40,008 nt of DNA from the IMG/VR virus record IMGVR_UViG_3300044981_000018, positions 1 through 40,008 of that record; one strand, written 5' to 3'. The DNA comes from a virus (lineage: Duplodnaviria > Caudoviricetes). Made by a program: the position numbers and the translations under genes. The notes beneath the pieces were generated by a model. It made no database searches, was not told where the DNA came from, and saw only the letters and a program-made list of their open reading frames with translations. Below are positions 27,245 through 34,929 of the stretch, one piece after another. Positions within the stretch are counted from its first letter, which is position 1, and each line of letters starts with the position of its first letter.

Positions 27245-27540
27245 ACGCCGGACGATTTGCCCAACTTTACGCGAAGGCGCGCGGCTCAACTGCATTCCTT
27301 GTTGGCCTGTGCGTGTTCGCGATCGTGTGGATTTCCCTGTCTATCATCACTGGTTTTGATCGCGATCATGGGTTGATCAACCTGATTCTTTCGCTGGAGG
27401 CATCGATCAGCCTAGCATTCTTCGCGCTGGTCGGCGAAAAGCAGTACCAGGCGACGATGGAAATGCTGAAGAAGATCGATGCCGTTCTTGAGTCGGTGAA
27501 GAAAGAGGAGGATATCATTCTCGGGAAGATTGACAAATGA
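27241..27540 (+). CDS. Two-TM membrane protein (DUF1003-like), holin/antiholin candidate
   Basis: GSTAFLVGLCVFAIVWI...FD...LINLILSLEA; directly upstream of endolysin. Confidence 0.55.
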   Translation: MNAGRFAQLYAKARGSTAFLVGLCVFAIVWISLSIITGFDRDHGLINLILSLEASISLAFFALVGEKQYQATMEMLKKIDAVLESVKKEEDIILGKIDK

Positions 27541-28007
27541 ATCCCGCCAATGCAAACCTGACGCTCTCGTCCGCCGGCGCCGCGCTCATCCAGAATTTTG
27601 AGGATAGCGCTGGGCCGGCGCTTGTTGCGTTCCTGCCAACACCGAATGATGTTTGGACGATCGGTTGGGGCCATACGCAAAGCGTCTATGAGGGAATGAC
27701 ATGCACAGTCGAGCAGGCGCAAGCGTGGTTCCTGCAAGACATGGCATGGGCGCAGGCTGCTGTGCTAAATTCCGTTACTGTAACGTTAAATCAGAACCAG
27801 TTTGATGCTTTGGTGAGTTTCACGGAAAACGAAGGCGCGGCAGCGTTCGAGCGCTCGACGCTGCTTCGCCTACTGAACACCGGCAATTACTCAAGCGCTG
27901 CATTGCAGTTTCAGGCCTGGATCTACCAGGGTGACAAAGTCTTGCCGGGTCTCGTGAACCGGCGTCAACAGGAGGCGGTGTTGTTCAATACACCGATTAG
28001 CGCATGA
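27537..28007 (+). CDS. Endolysin, GH24 lysozyme
   Basis: LIQNFE...VWTIGWGHT; LNQNQFDALVSF; LPGLVNRRQQE. Confidence 0.92.
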   Translation: MNPANANLTLSSAGAALIQNFEDSAGPALVAFLPTPNDVWTIGWGHTQSVYEGMTCTVEQAQAWFLQDMAWAQAAVLNSVTVTLNQNQFDALVSFTENEGAAAFERSTLLRLLNTGNYSSAALQFQAWIYQGDKVLPGLVNRRQQEAVLFNTPISA

Positions 28008-28318
28008 ATACCGTTACATTCTTTCAAAACATCATCACGTGGCTTCTTGCGGACCCGTCACATCTGGTCGTGGCCGCTACGCTCGCTGACTCGTTGATCC
28101 CGACGCCAGATCCGCGCACGCCGATCGGCAAGCTTTACAAGGTGATTGAACTGTTCGCGCTCAGTTTCCTGCATGCAAAAGAAAGCGGTATCCCGCCCAA
28201 TGAGCAATTAGAACAGCAGATTCTTGCTATCCTCGCAAAACAGCATGTTCCGGCTGTTGCTTTACAAGCTCCAGCGCCTGTTGCCGAACCCGCCGCTCCC
28301 GCCGTCGCACCGCAATAA
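28004..28318 (+). CDS. Lysis-region membrane protein
   Basis: ATGA coupling; IPTP...GKLYKVIELFAL motif. Confidence 0.55.
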   Translation: MNTVTFFQNIITWLLADPSHLVVAATLADSLIPTPDPRTPIGKLYKVIELFALSFLHAKESGIPPNEQLEQQILAILAKQHVPAVALQAPAPVAEPAAPAVAPQ

Positions 28319-28333
28319 CCCTTGGAGATTTCC

Positions 28334-28660
28334 GTGAAAACCATCGTCCTCTGTATTGCAATTTCCGCAACGCTTCTGCTCGGCGCATGCTCGGCCACAC
28401 AACAGGCCAACCTCAACGCCACGCTGGCGAACGTGAACCAGACGAACCTGATCGCGCTGCAAACGATCAGCAACGGCTGCAAGATCGTTCAGCCGACGCT
28501 TGTTGCGGCGAGCGCTGCTAGTCCTGATGTGGCCGCAGCGGCTACGGTGAATAGCGTAGTATGCGCAACTGCTGATGTGGCAACCAGCGCAGCTAGTGCT
28601 GCCGTAGCGGCTCAAGCTGCAAGCGCTCCTGTCGCCGCTTCCGCCGTTCCGGCAAAATGA
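28334..28660 (+). CDS. Lipoprotein (spanin candidate)
   Basis: GGAG RBS, GTG start, lipobox LGAC, Ala-rich C-terminus. Confidence 0.65.
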   Translation: MKTIVLCIAISATLLLGACSATQQANLNATLANVNQTNLIALQTISNGCKIVQPTLVAASAASPDVAAAATVNSVVCATADVATSAASAAVAAQAASAPVAASAVPAK

Positions 28661-29235
28661 CTCCGCGCGATTACGCGCTTCTTGCGCAGGAATCCTATTC
28701 CGCCGCGCCAGATATTGGCGTGGCGAATAGCGCATCCAGGGCAATCGTCCGGCATACCGATGCAGGCCTGGTGATCGCGTTCCGTGGCACCGATGATCTT
28801 GCCAGCTTCGCGGCCGACTTCGATATCGAGCCGTTCGACGTAGCTGGCGTGGGAAAGGTCTATCGGGGCTTTTGGGATGCGTGGGATGCGATCTCGCTGC
28901 CTGTTCTGGCGGCCGCTGCCGGCCAACATGTAACGCTGGTAGGGCATTCGCTTGGCGCCGCCATGGCTCTGATGTGCGCTGCCTACATGACAGTCGGCGG
29001 GAACCCACCTGCCGCCGTCTATGGATTCGAGCCGCCGCGTGTATGCACTGATATGGGCATTCAAACAGTGCTGGAAAACGTCCCCATATTTCTGTTCAGG
29101 AATGGGAACGATGTGGTTCCAGACGTTCCTCCGAGCGGGTACCATGCCGCACCACTGAAGCAAATCGGCAATGCGGCACGTCCCTTTCCCAATCTCACTG
29201 ATCATGAGATATCGCGAGTTATTGCGGCGCTTTAG
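28657..29235 (+). CDS. Class 3 lipase (alpha/beta hydrolase)
   Basis: IAFRGT, GHSLG nucleophile elbow, FEPPRV, NGNDVVPDVP, terminal DH. Confidence 0.88.
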   Translation: MTPRDYALLAQESYSAAPDIGVANSASRAIVRHTDAGLVIAFRGTDDLASFAADFDIEPFDVAGVGKVYRGFWDAWDAISLPVLAAAAGQHVTLVGHSLGAAMALMCAAYMTVGGNPPAAVYGFEPPRVCTDMGIQTVLENVPIFLFRNGNDVVPDVPPSGYHAAPLKQIGNAARPFPNLTDHEISRVIAAL

Positions 29236-29474
29236 TCTTCGTCAGGCGCGATGCTCTGCGCCTGCCTCTTCTTCCCGAGCATCTTCTTCGCCTTAGTGGC
29301 CGGCGATTGATGCCCAAGATGCCAACTCCCGCAGATAGGACAGTGATAAGCTCCGCGCCTCTCACTGTTCGATCCTTTCCGGCTTCGCTTGTCTACCGCC
29401 TTGGCCTGATCGTAAGTGTGGAAGGCGACCTTGCCTAGGCACGAGGTGATTGCTACAAGGTCGCGGTTTTTCAT
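29232..29474 (-). CDS. Small Zn-binding protein
   Basis: CLGKVAF...YHCPICGSWHL. Confidence 0.65.
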   Translation of the reverse strand: MKNRDLVAITSCLGKVAFHTYDQAKAVDKRSRKGSNSERRGAYHCPICGSWHLGHQSPATKAKKMLGKKRQAQSIAPDED

Positions 29475-29770
29475 CGTTTTCCAGTAAGTTGATTGATGAC
29501 CATGCTGGAACTGGTTTCGATCCCTTTTTCAGCGAAGTATCGCATCAGCCCTATCACGTAGCCGTCAAGATTTTCTCCTTTGCATGCACAGTGGTTGATC
29601 ATGGTCATAGCGAGTCCACAATCTGGTAGAATCAGAGAAGTACGGCCCCGCTCGCCGAACTCATACTCAACAACGGCAACCATTGACATACCTCGTTCCT
29701 TGCACTTATCGGTCAAGGCCAGCAACACAGGCGCAATCTCTTCATCGTAGAACTTTTCGTTTTCGCTCAT
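29471..29770 (-). CDS. Hypothetical protein
   Basis: Coupled in early operon; 99 aa. Confidence 0.65.
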   Translation of the reverse strand: MSENEKFYDEEIAPVLLALTDKCKERGMSMVAVVEYEFGERGRTSLILPDCGLAMTMINHCACKGENLDGYVIGLMRYFAEKGIETSSSMVINQLTGKR

Positions 29771-30114
29771 GAAATCACCTTGGTTTCAATGCGGCGCGTG
29801 GATTCGAGACCTCTCCAGCATTCTATCCGCGCTTCCGCTGCTTTCATCAGCCATCGTAGCTTTTCCTCCTTCTCGACTGCGGCGGCCAGAGCGTTGAGGA
29901 ATTCGACATACTCAGGATTGGCATAGGCTTCACGCTCCTGCGCCGCTGCTGACTTGTGACCGTCAACCTCAGCGCGCTTCATCAGGATAGCGATCTTCGA
30001 TTTCTTGAATTCCTCGATCTGCACGCGGTCCGCCTTGGCTTGCGCCATGTTTCCGGCGTTGTTGCGCAGATAGTCAAGGCACTTGAAGATCTGGATCTCG
30101 CTTTCGTCGCTCAT
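29767..30114 (-). CDS. Conserved-type phage helical protein
   Basis: AKADRVQIEEFKKS...AQEREAYA. Confidence 0.7.
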   Translation of the reverse strand: MSDESEIQIFKCLDYLRNNAGNMAQAKADRVQIEEFKKSKIAILMKRAEVDGHKSAAAQEREAYANPEYVEFLNALAAAVEKEEKLRWLMKAAEARIECWRGLESTRRIETKVIS

Positions 30115-30614
30115 TTGATCACCAGCGACATGCCGCGCTCGACGTGCGCGCCGGGTACCGAGTGGCCATCCTTGATCGCTTGCGCGACAAGTTTCTTGTC
30201 CAACTTCTTTGGCGGGGGCGGCGGATCGGCAAAGTATTCGGGCGGGATTGATGTCTCATCGTCGACAATAACCTTCGGCGGGTTCTCGCGCACGGACAGA
30301 ACGAAGTACGGAGTCTCGAGTTTTTTCACGCCCGCAAAGATCATGTTGTCCAACAGGTACTGCCGCACGCGCTCCGCGTTCTTTTCGAGTTGCGCAGCCC
30401 TCGCGCTCATTTCCTTGATTGCCTCGCCGATCTGCGCAGCTGCGGCTTCCAAGTTGCGCACAACGAATGCCGTGTTCTTGCATTTTTCTTCGAGGTCCCC
30501 GCCGAGTGATTCAAGCGTGTCCTTGAACGTCTGTTCGTCCATGCCGAGCTCAGCGAGCTTGTCGGCGGCTTCCCGGAATTCTCCGGCGAGCGAGTAAAGG
30601 CTGAGAGAGGTCAT
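30111..30614 (-). CDS. Siphovirus gp157-like protein
   Basis: LYSLAGEF...DTLESL...LDKKLVAQAIKDGHSVPGA. Confidence 0.85.
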   Translation of the reverse strand: MTSLSLYSLAGEFREAADKLAELGMDEQTFKDTLESLGGDLEEKCKNTAFVVRNLEAAAAQIGEAIKEMSARAAQLEKNAERVRQYLLDNMIFAGVKKLETPYFVLSVRENPPKVIVDDETSIPPEYFADPPPPPKKLDKKLVAQAIKDGHSVPGAHVERGMSLVIK

Positions 30615-31237
30615 GCGGGGACTCCTTCGATTTCAAGTTTACGATTGTCTTTTGCTTCGGCCAGAACTTCCTCGGCCACCGTGTCGCGTACTGCATGCGC
30701 GGCTTTGTAGCCTGCCGTGTACGCGGTCTTCAGTTCATCAATGCTTGCCGCCTTATTGATGGCGTCAATGTGACGCTTCAGGACCGGCGCCGGCAAGGCC
30801 GCCATCGGCGCGACTTCGTGCGTGGTCGAATCTGCGTCATTGTCGCCCTCTGTCGGGATGCAGAAGGCCTGCATAGCGGCGTACTTGTAGGCAGCGCTCA
30901 TGGCCTTGTTCGTGGCCTTGTCTGCGCTATCCATTGCTTCGCCGAACGTCTTGACGGTGTGTTTGCTCCCGTCCTCTGCCGCGACGAAATCAAACTCGGC
31001 CTCGACCGTTACGTAAAACAGCACGCCACCCTTTGCCGTTGCGCGCTCCACCGACTCACGCGCCAACATGCGCGGCAGAATCACCAGGCCATTCGCCGAC
31101 AGAACAGGTGCCAGGGCATTGTAGAGGTCATCAATCCCACGGAATTGATAGCCCTGCTGCACGTTCTTGCGCCCCTTGCTGATCCCTTCCTTCGCCATCT
31201 GCGCTTGCACTGCGGCGATTGCTTTGTACACGTTCAT
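30611..31237 (-). CDS. erf: ERF-family ssDNA annealing protein
   Basis: GYQFRGIDD; GEAMDSADKATNKAMSAAYKYA...IPTEGDNDAD. Confidence 0.88.
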   Translation of the reverse strand: MNVYKAIAAVQAQMAKEGISKGRKNVQQGYQFRGIDDLYNALAPVLSANGLVILPRMLARESVERATAKGGVLFYVTVEAEFDFVAAEDGSKHTVKTFGEAMDSADKATNKAMSAAYKYAAMQAFCIPTEGDNDADSTTHEVAPMAALPAPVLKRHIDAINKAASIDELKTAYTAGYKAAHAVRDTVAEEVLAEAKDNRKLEIEGVPA

Positions 31238-31383
31238 TCGATTCTCCAAAGTGTTCTAGCCATTCCTGCTGCTCTTGTTGCTCCTGTGCCTGACGCCAGT
31301 CGTCCACAGATCACCTCATAAAAATAACCGCGCAGACATACAGGAATAGCCAGATGCCTGCGAGGATGTAGATTCCGGACACG

Positions 31384-31662
31384 TCAGGCTTCGATCGCAA
31401 GAAGCGACTGAATCTGTGCATTCAGTTCGGTGATTCGCTTGGCAAACTCAGCCTGAAGTTGCTGCTTCTCACGCTCAAGTGCGGACACAAGACCTGGACG
31501 GATATCGAAGTTGTCAGGAATCTCGACCGTGAATTCGTGCGGGCAGACGCGCACTAGCTCTTTGCTATAGAGGTCGCGCTCGTAAGTAGCGAAGGAATAT
31601 TCCGGCTCCGTCTGCCAAATTTCCTGCGCCGCGAAAATGAAACCCTTCAGTGTGATTTGCAT
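31384..31662 (-). CDS. Hypothetical protein
   Basis: GGAG RBS; MQITLKGFI...; coiled-coil C-terminus. Confidence 0.65.
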   Translation of the reverse strand: MQITLKGFIFAAQEIWQTEPEYSFATYERDLYSKELVRVCPHEFTVEIPDNFDIRPGLVSALEREKQQLQAEFAKRITELNAQIQSLLAIEA

Positions 31663-31685
31663 TTCAATCTCCAAAAATGTTTTAT

Positions 31686-31880
31686 TTATAACTCGTCGCC
31701 ACATTCGGAGCAGCAATTTCGCATGTCAACATGTATGCCCTTGCTCCCCCAGTATTCGTTCGCGCCGATGCCGAAATCGCGCTTAATGATTACCGCGTCT
31801 TTCCCGCAACTGTCGCAGACGATGTGCTCACCCGACGTCTCGTCGAGGTCCATGTAATCGGGTTCATCGAGGTTCATCAT
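31686..31880 (-). CDS. Small CxxC...CxxC zinc-finger protein
   Basis: CDSCG...CSECG. Confidence 0.6.
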   Translation of the reverse strand: MMNLDEPDYMDLDETSGEHIVCDSCGKDAVIIKRDFGIGANEYWGSKGIHVDMRNCCSECGDEL

Positions 31881-32251
31881 TGCGGATCTCCGAAGAGGTT
31901 CGCTTCGCGCTCGATGCGCTCGATCCAGTTGTGCGCCATCACTTCCGAGTCCTCCTTGATGTACGAGTGAATCAATGTCCGTACATAGAGGCCGACTGTA
32001 GCCATATCGCCCATCAATAGGCGTTGCGCGATCAGCTTCGCTGCGCCACCCTCCAGCACCGACTGCATGCCGCAGACAACGTCAATCGGTTTCATTTCAA
32101 GCAGTCGGAACGCTTCGATCTCCTGAGCCCGCGCGGCGATCAGCTCATCGCGCGTTTCTTCTGCGTCAATTGCATCGTCTAGTTTGGCGCGGGCCTTGTC
32201 GGCCGAGTACTCGGCCATTGCCATAACCTGCTTTGCGTCGATCATGTTCAT
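31877..32251 (-). CDS. Hypothetical protein
   Basis: Coupled ORF, 124 aa. Confidence 0.65.
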   Translation of the reverse strand: MNMIDAKQVMAMAEYSADKARAKLDDAIDAEETRDELIAARAQEIEAFRLLEMKPIDVVCGMQSVLEGGAAKLIAQRLLMGDMATVGLYVRTLIHSYIKEDSEVMAHNWIERIEREANLFGDPQ

Positions 32252-32577
32252 GCTTTCTCTCCGGTTGCTTTCTCAATTGCGGCGCGCGCTATCCGGATGT
32301 TGTCGCGGGCGCCCAGCGTTACTTCATCCGCCATTGCGGCGTGCCATTCCTCATCTTTCAACAAAGCCAGCAGCGCTTCGAGCAGATCGGGCGCGGCGCA
32401 AATCAATCGCGCATTGGCCAGCGCCACTTCGTCGCTCGGAAAGAACCCGCTTTTCGGATATGCGCTTGCTGATCCAATGATTACGTTCGTCTCGCCAAGA
32501 CTGTCGTATTGCTTGATGATTCTCGGTGACTCCGAACTCATGCCCCATGGTCCTTCGCTATGCTTGATCTCGCTCAT
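32248..32577 (-). CDS. Phage hypothetical protein (HTPGPW...ANARLIAAAPDLLEAL type)
   Basis: KHSEGPW...ANARLICAAPDLLEAL. Confidence 0.75.
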   Translation of the reverse strand: MSEIKHSEGPWGMSSESPRIIKQYDSLGETNVIIGSASAYPKSGFFPSDEVALANARLICAAPDLLEALLALLKDEEWHAAMADEVTLGARDNIRIARAAIEKATGEKA

Positions 32578-32750
32578 TGCAGCGCTCCTGTAATCGGGTT
32601 GTAGCGGCCCTTCTTCGGACTGTTTGCCGGGTGTGCAATCCACCGCTCCCCGAGTTCTCGGATAGCCTTCTGGCGCTTTTCTTCCGCGCTCATTGTGCCG
32701 CTGATCTCGCGCAGGAAGGCTTTGCGCTGCTATTCAAATTCCTCTCTCAT
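32574..32750 (-). pseudogene. Small gene with in-frame TAG at codon 7
   Basis: MREEFE*QRKAF...LGERWIAHPAN...; coupled to neighbours at both ends. Confidence 0.5.
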
Positions 32751-33523
32751 TATTCCTCCGCATCGATCATGCGGCTGAACAAATCATGCGCGGACGCCTG
32801 CAACTCTTTAACGGTCGGCTCAAGAGCATCCCCCGCAGCATCCCCCGCAGCAGCCCACGCAGCATCCCCCGCAGCAGCCTGCGCAGCAGCCCACGCAGCA
32901 GCCCACGCAGCATCCCCCGCAGCAGCCCACGCAGCATCCCCCGCAGCAGCCTGCGCAGCAGCCCACGCAGCAGCCCCCGCAGCATCCCCCGCAGCAGCCC
33001 GCGCAGCAGCCCACGCAGCATCCCCCGCAGCAGCCCACGCAGCATCCCCCGCAGCAGCCCGCGCAGCAGCCCACGCAGCACGGGAATCGACGCGTGCCGC
33101 GTCCAGCCGCGGCTGCGCCGCGACTAGCTCGGCCACGCAGGTGATCGCCGGCAAGGATTTGAGCATTTCGGCATGGTGCGCAAGCTCAGGGTTCAGCACC
33201 AGCCACGCTGCGCAATGAACGCGCACCAGCCAGTCCATAGCCATCCAGCCACGCTTTTGCGATAGCTCCGGGCTTTTCTTCGTGCCGACCAGGTGAGCAA
33301 CGTATTGCTTGAGCTGCGACCGCTCATCGTCAGAGCGCATCCCATCATTCCACGACATGCCGAACGCAGCGAGCACTGAGTCAACGCAAGCCGGGTGATC
33401 GCTGAACGCTTCGCCAGCGAACATGCTCACCACTTCAGGAAGACAATGACCTTCGTCGGCGCCATAGTGCTTGCCGTGATTAAGTTTGATCGAGGCCAGA
33501 TCGTCAATCGTCAATCGTTTCAT
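32750..33523 (-). CDS. Protein with Ala-rich tetrapeptide repeats (AAWA/AAGD/AARA)
   Basis: 257 aa; N-domain FSDHPACV; repeat block. Confidence 0.8.
   Translation of the reverse strand: MKRLTIDDLASIKLNHGKHYGADEGHCLPEVVSMFAGEAFSDHPACVDSVLAAFGMSWNDGMRSDDERSQLKQYVAHLVGTKKSPELSQKRGWMAMDWLVRVHCAAWLVLNPELAHHAEMLKSLPAITCVAELVAAQPRLDAARVDSRAAWAAARAAAGDAAWAAAGDAAWAAARAAAGDAAGAAAWAAAQAAAGDAAWAAAGDAAWAAAWAAAQAAAGDAAWAAAGDAAGDALEPTVKELQASAHDLFSRMIDAEE
32826..33080. repeat. 12-nt tandem repeat (GCAGCA-based)
   Basis: GCAGCATCCCCC / GCAGCAGCCCAC / GCAGCAGCCCGC units. Confidence 0.9.
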
Positions 33524-33532
33524 GCCATTCCC

Positions 33533-33664
33533 CTAAAAAAGAGCGACGAATTCATCGCCGAATATTGCCAACAGAATCGCCATCGATAGCGCAGCCGCGC
33601 ACAGGGCGCAATATGCCGCCATCGCGCAGGCGTGTTTAAAGTCTTCTTCTGTGATGTGGTTCAT
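33533..33664 (-). CDS. Small hydrophobic peptide (43 aa)
   Basis: Read manually: MNHITEEDFK...AILLAIFGDEFVALF. Confidence 0.5.
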   Translation of the reverse strand: MNHITEEDFKHACAMAAYCALCAAALSMAILLAIFGDEFVALF

Positions 33665-33665
33665 G

Positions 33666-33917
33666 TCAGGCCTCGCGAGCTTTGAGCATGGCGTCGGCCG
33701 TCAGATATGCCGCTTTTGACCAACGGTCATGAACATCAGCGGGAACGTTTACTTTGTCGTCAGACCATGCCCGCAGAACCAAGCCAGACAATGCTTGAGC
33801 GGCGAAGTAGTCGCGCAGCGTCATGCCGCGTTCCGCATATTCAATTTGCCCGTTCGCATGAATTTGTTCATCTGTCGGAAACGCCGGCCCACCATCTTTG
33901 ATATCACTCACATTCAT
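33666..33917 (-). CDS. Phage hypothetical protein (GGPAFP...GMTLRDYFAA family)
   Basis: Signature motifs including ADAMLKAR. Confidence 0.85.
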   Translation of the reverse strand: MNVSDIKDGGPAFPTDEQIHANGQIEYAERGMTLRDYFAAQALSGLVLRAWSDDKVNVPADVHDRWSKAAYLTADAMLKAREA

Positions 33918-34008
33918 CCCCTTTAGTCCCGCCGTGAATCACGGCCCACATAATCAGCGCACCACATACATACGCCATCCCTAGAATTACCTCTACGATC
34001 GGGCTCAT
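33904..34008 (-). CDS. Small hydrophobic peptide (34 aa)
   Basis: Read manually: MSPIVEVILGMAYVCGALIMWAVI...; GGGAG RBS; TGATG coupling. Confidence 0.45.
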   Translation of the reverse strand: MSPIVEVILGMAYVCGALIMWAVIHGGTKGDECE

Positions 34009-34148
34009 CAGGCTCCCCCGAGTTGGCTAGCCACACCAGGAGCGATCAGATTCAAAGCCACTTGGCGCAGAAGATGCTCTACAAGCGCCCCAGCCCCACC
34101 GACTGCCAACCTACGAAGTTCAACTAGATCCAACGCCAAGCTGCTCAT
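34008..34148 (-). CDS. First gene of leftward early operon (46 aa)
   Basis: AGGGGA RBS; MSSLALDLVELRR...; just downstream of the PL-like promoter. Confidence 0.5.
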   Translation of the reverse strand: MSSLALDLVELRRLAVGGAGALVEHLLRQVALNLIAPGVASQLGGA

Positions 34149-34182
34149 CACCGGTCCCCTGTTGTGTCCTGCGATGGAATCC

Positions 34183-34214
34183 ATCATATTCCAGTGTTGA
34201 GGCAAACACAACAC
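34183..34214 (-). promoter_or_regulatory. PL-like sigma70 promoter overlapped by operator
   Basis: Minus strand TTGTGT-N17-TATGAT; palindrome GTGTTG-N9-CAACAC at 34194-34214. Confidence 0.7.
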
Positions 34215-34277
34215 GCTGTGCGAAATTATTTTATCGTTCTGCCAGACAGAACGTTGAGGCAAGCGCAAGGATAGGCT

Positions 34278-34517
34278 TCAACGTGGTGGCGGCTCGGTGT
34301 GGATCGCAGTGAGCCCAGCGTGGAACAGGATTTCCTCCAGTGGCACCATCAGCACGTTGCTCATCTTCTCAGCCTCTGACATACGCATAGGGCGTTTGCC
34401 GCGTATCATAAGCGACATGCTCGCCGGGTCCATGCCCATTTTGAATGCGAGCTGGCGCTGGGATATCTTCTTGAAAGCTAGCATGCCCTTGAACCACTTC
34501 GTGTCAATCGGCTTCAT
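34278..34517 (-). CDS. HTH repressor (CI position, no peptidase domain)
   Basis: ISQRQLAFKMGMDPASMSLMIRGKR; divergent from cro-like gene. Confidence 0.8.
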   Translation of the reverse strand: MKPIDTKWFKGMLAFKKISQRQLAFKMGMDPASMSLMIRGKRPMRMSEAEKMSNVLMVPLEEILFHAGLTAIHTEPPPR

Positions 34518-34535
34518 GGTGCGCTCCGGTGTTGA

Positions 34536-34627
34536 GTTGATGTAGGGTCAACGGTTTTAAGATATACGAGATTTATCTTGCAAAAGTATTGGGCATGCAC
34601 CAACATGTAGTTGTTATCAGACACAAC
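34536..34627. promoter_or_regulatory. OR-like operator region
   Basis: GTTG-N9-CAAC (34536-34552), TTG-N9-CAAC (34589-34604), GTTG-N10-CAAC (34610-34627). Confidence 0.6.
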
Positions 34628-34648
34628 CAAGAAACCGAAAGGACCGCG

Positions 34649-34927
34649 ATGACCCCTCTTGATGTAGTAGTCACGATTTTTGGCAACGCACGACGCCTGG
34701 CGCTGGCGCTGGGCATCACGCAGTCGGCCGTATGCCGTTGGGAGAACCCGAAACATTCGACCGGCGTACCGGGTGCTGTGCCGCCGCGATATCACCGCCG
34801 GTTGCTTGAATTGGCAAACCTGAAGGGAAAGCCGCTCACGCTGGATGAGCTGTACGAAGGTCGCCCAGGTCCGAAGCCTGTGAAGCCTGCAAAGAATGTT
34901 GAGAAAAAGACAACGGCAGGAGCCTGA
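34649..34927 (+). CDS. Cro-like HTH protein
   Basis: FGNARRLALALGITQSAVCRW...GAVP; AAGGA RBS. Confidence 0.8.
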   Translation: MTPLDVVVTIFGNARRLALALGITQSAVCRWENPKHSTGVPGAVPPRYHRRLLELANLKGKPLTLDELYEGRPGPKPVKPAKNVEKKTTAGA

Positions 34928-34929
34928 AA

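Noticed and set aside
32767-33218. Alternative-frame ORFs (LLRG, SPRS, poly-Cys/Gly repeats)
   Set aside because: By-products of a stop-free 12-nt repeat; only the Ala frame is part of a coupled gene
34235-34253. Hairpin CGTTCTG-CCAGA-CAGAACG as terminator of the repressor gene
   Set aside because: No U-tract follows in either orientation
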